A DNA stretch of 24,015 bases from a virus (Duplodnaviria; Caudoviricetes). Below the pieces are notes generated by a model. That model worked only from the letters and a program-made list of their open reading frames with translations, did no database searches and was not told the origin of the DNA. Location of the stretch: the IMG/VR virus record IMGVR_UViG_3300025759_000679, positions 1-24,015 of that record; one strand, given 5' to 3'. Each line of letters begins with the position of its first letter. The stretch's first letter is position 1. A program made the position numbers and the translations under genes. Shown here piece by piece: positions 16,329 through 24,015 of this stretch.

Positions 16329-17630
16329 ATGGCAACCTTCGACATTAACGACACCACCAGACGTGTCCAATATACAACCAATGGCTCACAAACACAGTTC
16401 GCTTTTAGTTTCCAGATCAATGCCGACAGTGAATTAAAGGTCATACTCGGTGAGACTACACTAACACTATCTGCAAACTACACAGTAACAATAGCCACTA
16501 ACGGAACAGGTACAGTTGACTTTTCTTCAGCTCCTACTACAGGACAGAAACTAACCATCTTAGCTAACAAACCTTTATCGAGGGAGAGTGTGTATTCTAC
16601 AGGAGCTTCGTTTACAGCAGCAGCACTAGAGACAGATTTCGATAATACCATTATGGTCCTTCAGCAATTTGAAGAAAAAATCGATCGTACCTTACAGTTA
16701 CCAGAGTTTGTTACAGGTTCAACTCCGCCAAGTTTAATAGTTCCTTATAACGATACTGCCTCGGATAACTCTAATAAAGTAATTGGATACAATACAGCTG
16801 GAACTGCTTTAACATTATTAAGTAAGGGTGTCACGTCAGTAAGTGTTACTACGAATACCTTATCACCAGGATCGAGTGCGACAGGCGCTGCTAGTATCAC
16901 TGGAGATGCATTGAGTCTAACATTGGGAATACCAACAGGAGCAACAGGATCTGGTATAGCTACACTTGCGGATGATACATCTCCACAATTAGGGGCTAAT
17001 TTAGATTTAGTTACATTTGATATTGTTACCACAAGTAATCGAGACCTTGAATTAGCACCAAATGGAACAGGCCATGTAACAGTAAAAGGTAATACAAATT
17101 CTGGTGCAATACAATTTAACTGCGAGAGTAATTCACATGGACAAATAGTAAAAGCACAGCCTCATAGTGCAGGAGTAACAAATGAATTGACTCTGCCTCC
17201 AGGCGGCAATCAAGAACTTGTAGGTGCCACTGCTACACAAACTCTTACTAACAAAACAATTAATGTTTCACAATTAACAGGCACATATACAACCGCACAA
17301 GTTTCCAAAACAGAAACAGCTACAATATCTACTAGCAAAACATTAGACTTTGATGCTAATCAAAACTTTATTCTTACTCTAGGAAGTGGTGCAAATACTT
17401 TGACCAATCCTACAACTGAAGCAGGTAATGTAGGGCAAACAGGTGTAATGATATTTATACAGCCAAGTAGTGGTAGTGCAGGAACAGTAAGTTTAGGCAC
17501 AGATTATGAAACACCAGCAGCAGGAGGATTAACTTTAAGTTCAACTAATAGTGCATACGATGTCGTACCTTATATAATAAAAGCTGACAACTCTATATTA
17601 CTAGGTAGTCCTCAACTTGCATTTGGATAG
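16329..17630 (+). CDS. Tail fibre protein (T7 gp17-like N-terminal anchor)
   Basis: R.QYT.NGSQTQFAFSF...L.V and F.A..LE.DFD N-terminus, internal DTSPQLGANLD, Thr/Gly-rich. RBS AGGAG. Confidence 0.85.
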   Translation: MATFDINDTTRRVQYTTNGSQTQFAFSFQINADSELKVILGETTLTLSANYTVTIATNGTGTVDFSSAPTTGQKLTILANKPLSRESVYSTGASFTAAALETDFDNTIMVLQQFEEKIDRTLQLPEFVTGSTPPSLIVPYNDTASDNSNKVIGYNTAGTALTLLSKGVTSVSVTTNTLSPGSSATGAASITGDALSLTLGIPTGATGSGIATLADDTSPQLGANLDLVTFDIVTTSNRDLELAPNGTGHVTVKGNTNSGAIQFNCESNSHGQIVKAQPHSAGVTNELTLPPGGNQELVGATATQTLTNKTINVSQLTGTYTTAQVSKTETATISTSKTLDFDANQNFILTLGSGANTLTNPTTEAGNVGQTGVMIFIQPSSGSAGTVSLGTDYETPAAGGLTLSSTNSAYDVVPYIIKADNSILLGSPQLAFG

Positions 17631-17633
17631 AAT

Positions 17634-19019
17634 ATGTTTAGTAACGAATTATGGCAAAAATCTGGAGTTAGCACATACTCTATAGACCAATCAATTAGAT
17701 TTAATGATGATGATTCTGCTTATATGCAAAGAACTCATGGTGCTGGTGGTAATGTAGATAAATGGTCATTAAGTTTTTGGCTTAAAAGAAGTACATTAGG
17801 TACAGAACAATATGTTTTTGGAAGTGGTGCTAATACTTCTAATACTTCTGACATATCGTTTAACACTAGTGATCAATTAGTATTTTGGTCATATATTAGT
17901 GCTTATCAAACTCGTTTAATAACTACTCAAGTGTTAAGGGATACAAGTGCTTGGTATCATGTACTAGTAGTATATGACTCTGGGAATGCCACATCTGGCA
18001 ATAGAGCAATTATTTATATTAATGGCTCAAGAGTAACTGCTTTTGGAACTGAAACTTATCCATCACAAAATCAAGATGGAATTGTTGGTTCTAATGTTAA
18101 CATTGGTTTTGGTAGGTATATATCTAATGGAAGTAATTATTTTGATGGCTACCTTGCAGAAATGCACTATGTAAATGGTTCAGCTTTAGCACCAACAGAT
18201 TTTGGAGAATACAACTCATCTAATATATGGATTCCTAAAGAATATTCTGGCAGTTATGGTACAGGAGGATTTTTTGTTGATGGAAGAGATAGTGCTGACT
18301 TAGGAGATGATGAGTCAGGAAGTGGTAATGATTTAACAACAAGTGGACTTGCCTCACACGACCAAATGGCTGACTCACCTACCAATAATTTTAACACAAT
18401 GAATCCATTAAACCCATTAAGTCATGGTACACTTAGTCAAGGTAATCTAACAAATGTTTTAAGTGGTGATGACCAATTTTATACAACACAAGAATTAGGT
18501 TTTAAATCTTATTGTGAAGTTAGAGTAGATGCACAATCAAATTATGGTGGTACATTAGGACTTGGAACATTTGGTGGAGATGATGATGATAACACTTTGG
18601 TATTTCAAACAAATTATCTTAGTGGTTATATATGGTTAAATGGTGGTAATGCTAGTGCTAATATTGGCGGAACAATAACAACAGGTGATATAGTAATGAT
18701 GGCATATGACCCTACTACTAGAAAATGGTGGGTAGGTGTAAATGGGACTTGGAGAAATAGTGGCGACCCAGCAAATGGAACTGGTCAAGTATATCAACAT
18801 TCAACAACAGATTTTGGTGAGGGAATAGGAGCTATTGTTTGGGGTGGTTGGAAAGGTTCTGCAAATGGTTTAACTGTAACATGGAACTTTGGACAAGATG
18901 GAACTTTTGGAGGACAAGAAACAGCAGGTGGTAATAGTGATGGTAATGGAGTAGGTAACTTTAAGTATTCAGTACCAAATGGATTTTTAGCAAACTGTTC
19001 AAAAAATTTAGGATCGTAG
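17634..19019 (+). CDS. LamG/concanavalin-A-like plus SPRY-like domain tail/receptor-binding protein
   Basis: IDQSIRFN, W.LSFWLKRS.LG, RD.SAWYH, FDGYLAE, DSPTNNF, Y.EVR, GDIV.MAYD and NFGQ...F.Y.VP.GF.A motifs. Confidence 0.8.
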   Translation: MFSNELWQKSGVSTYSIDQSIRFNDDDSAYMQRTHGAGGNVDKWSLSFWLKRSTLGTEQYVFGSGANTSNTSDISFNTSDQLVFWSYISAYQTRLITTQVLRDTSAWYHVLVVYDSGNATSGNRAIIYINGSRVTAFGTETYPSQNQDGIVGSNVNIGFGRYISNGSNYFDGYLAEMHYVNGSALAPTDFGEYNSSNIWIPKEYSGSYGTGGFFVDGRDSADLGDDESGSGNDLTTSGLASHDQMADSPTNNFNTMNPLNPLSHGTLSQGNLTNVLSGDDQFYTTQELGFKSYCEVRVDAQSNYGGTLGLGTFGGDDDDNTLVFQTNYLSGYIWLNGGNASANIGGTITTGDIVMMAYDPTTRKWWVGVNGTWRNSGDPANGTGQVYQHSTTDFGEGIGAIVWGGWKGSANGLTVTWNFGQDGTFGGQETAGGNSDGNGVGNFKYSVPNGFLANCSKNLGS

Positions 19020-19028
19020 GAGGATAAT

Positions 19029-20075
19029 ATGGCAACACCAACAATACCAAATGGAAAAGATTATTTTAATGTAGTTAACTATAATGGTACAGGTTCAGAC
19101 AATGCAGTTACAGGTGTAGGTTTTGCACCAGATGCAACATGGTTAAAAAGAAGAGATAGTGGTAGTGCAGATTGGGGTGTTTTCGATACATCAAGAGGTG
19201 TAACTAAAAATCTAAAATTTAATACGACAGATGCTGAAAGCACTGAGGTTAATAGTTTAAAAACATTTGGTACAGATGGTTTTACTGTAGGAAGTTCTGG
19301 TGATTATAATGGAAGTGGAGGAACATTTAGTTCATTTAATTTTTTATCAAATGGAGGCACAACTGCAAGTAATTCTGATGGTTCAATTACCTCAACTGTC
19401 CAAGCAAATTCTGATGCGGGTTTTTCAATCGTAAAATGGACGGGTACAGGATCAAATGCAACTGTTGGGCATGGGTTGTCAACTGCACCATCACTTATAC
19501 TTGGTAAAGTTTTAACAACTACTGATAACTGGATTGTTGGACATCATAAATTATCTTCAACCCCTTGGAATAATGCTCAATTTCTTAATACCAATGGTTC
19601 TAATTATACTAATGCAGCATATTGGAACAATACTGCACCAACATCATCAGTTTTTACAACAGGAACTTGGTGGTATAGCTCGCAAGACTATGTTGCCTAT
19701 TGTTGGCATGAAATTCCAGGATTTTCAAAATTTTCTAGCTACAGTGGCCTTGGGTCGGTTGATGGTCCGTTTATTTACACAGGATTCCGACCTGCTTGGT
19801 TACTGATTAAGCGAACAGATTCTAGCACTGGTGGTAACTGGTCAATGATTAATGATGTTACATATCCATCTAATCCTATTGGCTCACCTTTAATGACTGA
19901 CTATGCAGGTGGTGAACCCGATCTTTCGGCAATAACTATGGATTTTCTGTCAAATGGTTTTAAAATAAGAAACACTTTAAACTCTAATAATGCATCTGGT
20001 GGCTCTTATATTTTTATGGCGTTCGCTTCTCATCCTTTCACAGGTGATGGTACTAGTCCTGTAACTGCTAGATAA
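19029..20075 (+). CDS. Beta-rich tail-associated protein (DUF7483-like)
   Basis: Y.GTG....TGVGFAPD..W.KRR, GFSIV.WTG.G..ATVGHGL, YVAYCW...GFSKF.SY.G and GFRPAW..IKR motifs. RBS AGGAGG. Confidence 0.75.
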   Translation: MATPTIPNGKDYFNVVNYNGTGSDNAVTGVGFAPDATWLKRRDSGSADWGVFDTSRGVTKNLKFNTTDAESTEVNSLKTFGTDGFTVGSSGDYNGSGGTFSSFNFLSNGGTTASNSDGSITSTVQANSDAGFSIVKWTGTGSNATVGHGLSTAPSLILGKVLTTTDNWIVGHHKLSSTPWNNAQFLNTNGSNYTNAAYWNNTAPTSSVFTTGTWWYSSQDYVAYCWHEIPGFSKFSSYSGLGSVDGPFIYTGFRPAWLLIKRTDSSTGGNWSMINDVTYPSNPIGSPLMTDYAGGEPDLSAITMDFLSNGFKIRNTLNSNNASGGSYIFMAFASHPFTGDGTSPVTAR

Positions 20076-20105
20076 ATATGAATAAATATGGTATAAGGAG
20101 ATATT

Positions 20106-20750
20106 ATGTGGGCAATAGTTAAAAATAGTAAATTAGTACAAATTACACGAGGTAATAAACCTATTACTGTAGGTGATGTAACCCATCCAAAAGATATATT
20201 TAAACATTGGACTCAATCACAACTCAAAGATATTGGTGTTTATGAGTTTATATCTGGATCAACACCAGATAATAAGTTTGAAATTGCAACAACTACATCT
20301 TATAAAGTAGATGATTCTAAAGGTACAGTTACAGAAACTATTAATAAGAAAGATAAAGAAATAACTGATACTTTATATACTTCTCAAAACAAAACTGATG
20401 GTATTATTCCAGAAGGTAAAGATGTAGGAGATGTAGCAACTAAAGGTTTGAAAACCATATATACAGAACAAATACAAAAACAAGCATCTGGTTTATTAGC
20501 ACCTACAGATTGGATGGTAGTAAGAAAAGCTGAAGATTCTAGTAAATCTATACCAAGTGCAGTTACTACATACAGGGCATCTGTAAGAACAGAAGCTGAT
20601 AAAATAGTACAAGCAATAAGTGATTGCGATACTCTTGATAAATTAAAAGCATTGTTTGTTACAGAATATAATGAAGATGGATCTATTAAGACTAAAGCTA
20701 CAATAAACACATTACCAGATGATGAAGATATTGAGGGTTATAAAAGATGA
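20106..20750 (+). CDS. Tail fibre assembly/chaperone-like protein
   Basis: HP.DIF..W...L..IG.Y and LL.PTDW.V.RKAE....IP..V.TYR..VR motifs. RBS AAGGAG. Follows the fibre genes. Confidence 0.7.
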   Translation: MWAIVKNSKLVQITRGNKPITVGDVTHPKDIFKHWTQSQLKDIGVYEFISGSTPDNKFEIATTTSYKVDDSKGTVTETINKKDKEITDTLYTSQNKTDGIIPEGKDVGDVATKGLKTIYTEQIQKQASGLLAPTDWMVVRKAEDSSKSIPSAVTTYRASVRTEADKIVQAISDCDTLDKLKALFVTEYNEDGSIKTKATINTLPDDEDIEGYKR

Positions 20751-20863
20751 TGCTTACTAAAAACCTTATTAAGTTCGGTAATTTTTTAATCAAGATACCT
20801 AAAGCTATGAAGGGTGTATGGGATAAGTCCGAGAATAGATGGGGGTATAGAAAGGAGAAGTAA
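20747..20863 (+). CDS. 38-aa hypothetical protein (MMLTKNLIKFGNFLIKIPKAMKGVWDKSENRWGYRKEK)
   Basis: ATGA overlap with the upstream stop and TAATG coupling downstream. Not in ORF track. Confidence 0.6.
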   Translation: MMLTKNLIKFGNFLIKIPKAMKGVWDKSENRWGYRKEK

Positions 20864-20913
20864 TGGCATACGGAAAAACAAAACCAATGACTAAGAAAAA
20901 GAAAAAGAAATGA
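20863..20913 (+). CDS. 16-aa poly-Lys micropeptide (MAYGKTKPMTKKKKKK)
   Basis: AAGGAG RBS at 20852-20857 plus TAATG coupling. Confidence 0.55.
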   Translation: MAYGKTKPMTKKKKKK

Positions 20914-20941
20914 CTACATATATTATTATTAATTTAGTTTT

Positions 20942-21148
20942 GTGGATGATATTCTGATGAGATCATTAATGAGAAAGTTTAGGACAGTTCCAAAAACCAA
21001 GGGAGGAGTTCCTAAGAAATATGTGAGTGGTGCAAAGAATCCTAAGTCAAGAGAAGCTGAGATTAAACGTACAGCCAAACTCTACAAGCAAGGGAAACTA
21101 ACACCTGCAATGATGGATAGAATAAGTAAACAAAGAGCAAGGGGGTAA
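20942..21148 (+). CDS. Small basic hypothetical protein
   Basis: GVPKKYVSG..NP..R.AEIKRT...YK.G. True start may be ATG 20957 or 20969. Confidence 0.65.
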   Translation: MDDILMRSLMRKFRTVPKTKGGVPKKYVSGAKNPKSREAEIKRTAKLYKQGKLTPAMMDRISKQRARG

Positions 21149-21149
21149 T

Positions 21150-21356
21150 ATGTCTGCACCAGATAAATATAAAAAAATGTTTGGATCGGATAGAGCAAAC
21201 AAGATCTATCGTAGAGGTTTAGGAGCTTATTATAGTAGCGGCAGTAGACCTAAGATGTCTGCTCATCAGTGGGCTGTTGCTAGACTAAAAGCTCATGCCA
21301 AGGGAAAAGCCACTGTTAAAAAAGCAGATGGAGATTTGTTTAGGAAGAAGTCATGA
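21150..21356 (+). CDS. Small basic protein (DUF5824-like)
   Basis: KIYRRGLGAYYSSGSRP.MSAHQWA.AR motif. Confidence 0.7.
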   Translation: MSAPDKYKKMFGSDRANKIYRRGLGAYYSSGSRPKMSAHQWAVARLKAHAKGKATVKKADGDLFRKKS

Positions 21357-21541
21357 CAACCAAAGCCGATAAGAATGAGATGAGAATCAGCAAGCATGAG
21401 GAAGTTTGTTCTGAGAGATACAAAAACATCCATGATAATATATCGGATTTAAAATCTAGAATAAAAAGACTTGAGACAGTAATGATGGCAAACACAGTAG
21501 CAGTGATAGTGGCACTCGTATCTGCGTTTATCAAGTTATGA
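21353..21541 (+). CDS. Coiled-coil plus C-terminal TM protein (XhlA/holin-accessory-like)
   Basis: HEEVCSERY..I...I..L...IKRLE followed by a hydrophobic tail. ATGA overlaps on both sides. Confidence 0.65.
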   Translation: MTTKADKNEMRISKHEEVCSERYKNIHDNISDLKSRIKRLETVMMANTVAVIVALVSAFIKL

Positions 21542-21996
21542 TTGATCCAATCTCAGCATTCGCAGCAGTTAAGTCTGCACATTCCGTTATAATGCAAGGT
21601 ATTAAAATCGGTAAGGATCTTAGCTCTATGTCTGGCTATATATCTAGATGGGCAGTGGGCGAGGCTAACCTTGATGTCAAAGCAGAGAAGAAAGGCAGGA
21701 GTTTACTTGGACGATTCAGTTCCGTAGAAGCTCAAGCGATTGAAGCTCACCTTCGTAAAGAAGAACTTCGTAACATGAGAAATGAACTCCGAGAAATTTT
21801 TGCGTTATATGGTAGCCCAGGTCAATGGGAAAGACTACAAGCTGAGATAGCATCAGTGCGAGCTGAAAAGAAAAGACAACTGAAGGAAGCTGAACGTCAA
21901 GCAGAGAGAAGAAAGACAATAATTATAACTATTGCTGCAATATCTGGGCTATTGCTTTTTATTTATTATGAACTAAAATTATTAAAGATAATATGA
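21538..21996 (+). CDS. Hypothetical coiled-coil protein with C-terminal membrane anchor
   Basis: MIDPISAFAA N-terminus, charged helix and C-terminal TM segment, in the lysis region. Confidence 0.7.
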   Translation: MIDPISAFAAVKSAHSVIMQGIKIGKDLSSMSGYISRWAVGEANLDVKAEKKGRSLLGRFSSVEAQAIEAHLRKEELRNMRNELREIFALYGSPGQWERLQAEIASVRAEKKRQLKEAERQAERRKTIIITIAAISGLLLFIYYELKLLKII

Positions 21997-22181
21997 CAAA
22001 CGAATTTTATACATTTACAGTTGAGGTTGAGAAGCATAAGTCGAAGAAACAACCTCCGACAGTGTGTATACGATTCTATGGATGTAATGATATGAAGGAT
22101 GCTGAGAAGTTAGCAAAACATTTAAACATAATGCTGAATACTGATGCCGAGATATTTAGCGATCACTTTAACGTACACTAG
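21993..22181 (+). CDS. Hypothetical protein
   Basis: 62 aa, ATGA overlap with the upstream gene, fills the gap before the holin. Confidence 0.6.
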   Translation: MTNEFYTFTVEVEKHKSKKQPPTVCIRFYGCNDMKDAEKLAKHLNIMLNTDAEIFSDHFNVH

Positions 22182-22189
22182 GAGATAAT

Positions 22190-22582
22190 ATGTTAACAGC
22201 ACTTATAGGACCTGTAACAGGTTTACTTGATAAGTTCATCGAGGATAAAGATCAGAAGAATAAACTAGCTCATGAGATAGCTACGATGGCTGATAAACAA
22301 GCACATGAAATTGCCAAGTCTCAGATCGAAGTAAATAAGGAAGAGGCAAAGTCTAGGCATTGGTGGATAGCAGGATGGAGACCTGCGTGTGGATGGATAT
22401 GCACTCTAGCTATGGGATATCATTTTATCATTCAACCATTCCTAATATTTTTTTTAGCTTTATTCGGACTTAAGATGGAGATACCCACATTCGATATGGA
22501 TACACTCATGACAGTTCTTCTTGGCATGCTGGGATTGGGTGGCTTGCGGTCATTCGAGAAACATAAAAAACTTACGAAGTAA
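22190..22582 (+). CDS. Holin (3TM, GTA-holin-like family)
   Basis: LIGPV..LLDKFI.DKD, Q.EVNK.EA, AGWRP..GW and LLGMLGLGGLRSFEK motifs. RBS AGGAG. Confidence 0.88.
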   Translation: MLTALIGPVTGLLDKFIEDKDQKNKLAHEIATMADKQAHEIAKSQIEVNKEEAKSRHWWIAGWRPACGWICTLAMGYHFIIQPFLIFFLALFGLKMEIPTFDMDTLMTVLLGMLGLGGLRSFEKHKKLTK

Positions 22583-22583
22583 A

Positions 22584-23036
22584 ATGCAGTTATCCAAACA
22601 TTTCAAGCTAGAAGAATTTACGAAAAGCCAAACCGCTGCTCGTAAGGGAATAGACAATACTCCTCCAGAGGATATCATTCCTAAACTTTCTTTTCTTTGC
22701 ACTCAGATACTCGAACCCCTCCGAGAGAAAGTGGACTCCCCAATAATCATTACTAGCGGTTGGAGAACACCGGAGCTGTCTCTGGCTATTGGATCAAGTC
22801 AGATGTCTCAGCATTGCAAGGGCGAAGCTGTGGATATTGAATGCCTTTCATTGAGTACACTGAGTCTAGCGGAGATGATAATCAATCACTTTCCTTTCGA
22901 TCAATGTATCCTGGAGTGTTATAAGAAGGGTGATATGAATAGTGGTTGGGTTCATGTAAGTCTGACCTCTGGTGAGAACCGAGGGGAAGTATTAACATTC
23001 GATGGTAAGCAATATCATAAGGGTCTGCTAGTGTAA
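22584..23036 (+). CDS. Endolysin, peptidase M15A family (Zn D-Ala-D-Ala peptidase fold)
   Basis: MQLSKHFKLEEF, ILEPLR, ITSGWR, SQHCKGEAVD and WVHVS motifs. Start reassigned to ATG 22584, just after the holin stop. Confidence 0.9.
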   Translation: MQLSKHFKLEEFTKSQTAARKGIDNTPPEDIIPKLSFLCTQILEPLREKVDSPIIITSGWRTPELSLAIGSSQMSQHCKGEAVDIECLSLSTLSLAEMIINHFPFDQCILECYKKGDMNSGWVHVSLTSGENRGEVLTFDGKQYHKGLLV

Positions 23037-23452
23037 TGTCTGAAGTATCTACAGGGCGAATCGGTGAACTGATCGCAGCTCTTAGACTAACTCAGATGGG
23101 TATCGAGAATACTATCAGTCCACTCAACGGATCAGATATCATTGCGACCACCAAAGGTAAATTATATAGAGTGCAAGTCAAAGCGCGGAGTGTTCCAGAT
23201 AGTTCCAGACCTACACATTTTATGTGGACTACGAGTTACTCAAGTAAGAAGAAAGTTCCGTACACCAGAGAGCATTGCGATATAATAGCACTCGTATCTA
23301 TTCCTCATGAGAACGTATACTTTATACCTGTAATACATCAGACAAGTGTTACTAGACGATTAAAGGTAGAAATATTTGAGGATAAAAGTATAGCCTCCTC
23401 CACATGGGAAAAGGCTATAAGTGAGTTAGATAACTCGGATGGATCGAGCTAG
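23036..23452 (+). CDS. PD-(D/E)XK family endonuclease
   Basis: G.IGEL.A...L, DII......YRVQVK and Y....CD.IALV motifs. TAATG coupling to the endolysin. Confidence 0.78.
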   Translation: MSEVSTGRIGELIAALRLTQMGIENTISPLNGSDIIATTKGKLYRVQVKARSVPDSSRPTHFMWTTSYSSKKKVPYTREHCDIIALVSIPHENVYFIPVIHQTSVTRRLKVEIFEDKSIASSTWEKAISELDNSDGSS

Positions 23453-23635
23453 TCCTTTGACCTTCGATATTCTATTTTCTTTTTCAAGATTAGATAAAGC
23501 CAACTGAACTGCTGAACGTGTATTATGATTCAAGCTATCAGCGATCTCACTTTGTGTAGGAGGAAATCCATTGCTCGATACATACGATATAATAAAGTCA
23601 TAGACACTTTCTTTTAATGGCTTAGTCATCTTCAA
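23426..23635 (-). CDS. LexA-like winged-helix DNA-binding protein (no peptidase domain)
   Basis: VYDFI..Y....GFPPT..EIA..L....S.V...L..LE....I......ARSI matches the LexA N-terminal domain. Only 69 aa. Confidence 0.85.
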   Translation of the reverse strand: MKMTKPLKESVYDFIISYVSSNGFPPTQSEIADSLNHNTRSAVQLALSNLEKENRISKVKGLARSIRVI

Positions 23636-24014
23636 ACCTCTTCACCCTCGCATCTACTTCCGCAAGATCATCTGGTTTTTCTTTTCTCATGATATCCATG
23701 ATCGGTTTATTCTGCTCAAAGAAAGCTCCTATTGCCATAAGCCTTTGGTCTTTAGGTTTCTCTTCGTAGGTTTCTACTGTCCATAACCATTTATTTATAG
23801 ACTGAATAGCAGTTTCTATGTCATCAAAGTGCTCAGACTTGTTACCAGGATACGATAGTCTGTATTTAGCATTCTCAGACCTCTGGATAGCTTCTTTTAA
23901 ATCTTGGTTAGTACGAGTCGACTTACCCCCTTTCTGCTCACTGACAGGCAAATTAGAGGCTTGTTCATTGCGTTGAGCAGTGTCCATCTCATTAGCCGAG
24001 GCATATTCACCTCC
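23622..24014 (-). CDS. C-terminal part of a probable ssDNA-annealing/recombination protein (5'-truncated by window)
   Basis: The frame stays open past 23987 to the window edge, reading GGEYASANEMDTAQ. GGEYASANE is recalled as the end of the core domain of Rad52/Sak-like phage annealing proteins. Confidence 0.5.
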   Translation of the reverse strand, partial: GGEYASANEMDTAQRNEQASNLPVSEQKGGKSTRTNQDLKEAIQRSENAKYRLSYPGNKSEHFDDIETAIQSINKWLWTVETYEEKPKDQRLMAIGAFFEQNKPIMDIMRKEKPDDLAEVDARVKRFEDD

Positions 24015-24015
24015 A

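Noticed and set aside
4279-19806. Nested + strand alternative-frame ORFs 4279-4500, 12233-12463 and 19534-19806
   Set aside because: They lie fully inside stronger genes, have no family motifs and lack convincing starts.
24-21919. Minus-strand ORFs of 60-108 aa in the ORF track (e.g. 24-332, 2535-2807, 7229-7459, 11397-11693, 16745-17032, 20384-20710)
   Set aside because: They are antisense shadows of well-supported + strand genes, with no recognisable motifs.
22521-22583. N-terminal extension of the endolysin given in the ORF track (MACWDW...)
   Set aside because: It overlaps the holin C-terminus. The family-typical start MQLSKHF is at 22584.
1-24015. Genome-wide TAG reassignment (genetic code 15)
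   Set aside because: Long conserved genes (portal, MCP, nozzle) are intact under code 11, and every TAG stop lies at a plausible gene end.
1-24015. CRISPR array, tRNA, intron/intein, DGR repeats or repeated T7-type RNAP promoters
   Set aside because: None was recognisable by eye. Intergenic spaces are very short and no long repeated sequence was seen, but computational scans were not run.

Overview
AT-rich window from a tailed dsDNA phage with podovirus/T7-supergroup gene order. It resembles marine alphaproteobacterial podoviruses, though the host is only an inference. The + strand carries the whole morphogenesis and lysis region: terminase C-terminus, GNAT/gp13-like gene, small basic proteins, portal, scaffold, major capsid protein behind a promoter and a structured ~140-nt leader, capsid accessory protein, a UUCG terminator, tail tubular A and B, internal virion (ejection) proteins, tail fibre/LamG-SPRY receptor-binding genes, more basic microproteins, holin, M15 endolysin and a PD-(D/E)XK nuclease. 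These meet a convergent - strand operon (LexA-like HTH and the end of a probable ssDNA-annealing protein). The most notable item is an extra gene in the ejection-protein cluster (11449-13311). It fuses a virion-protein-like N-terminus to a HhH-GPD/endonuclease-III-like DNA glycosylase domain and is followed by a tiny overlapping acidic ORF, which suggests an injected effector plus immunity/inhibitor pair. Also notable: a 6.6-kb reading frame (13464-20075) broken only by three in-frame TAG codons, and a multi-hairpin capsid leader with a repeated AYAA/C internal loop. All protein family calls come from motif recognition and synteny, not database searches.
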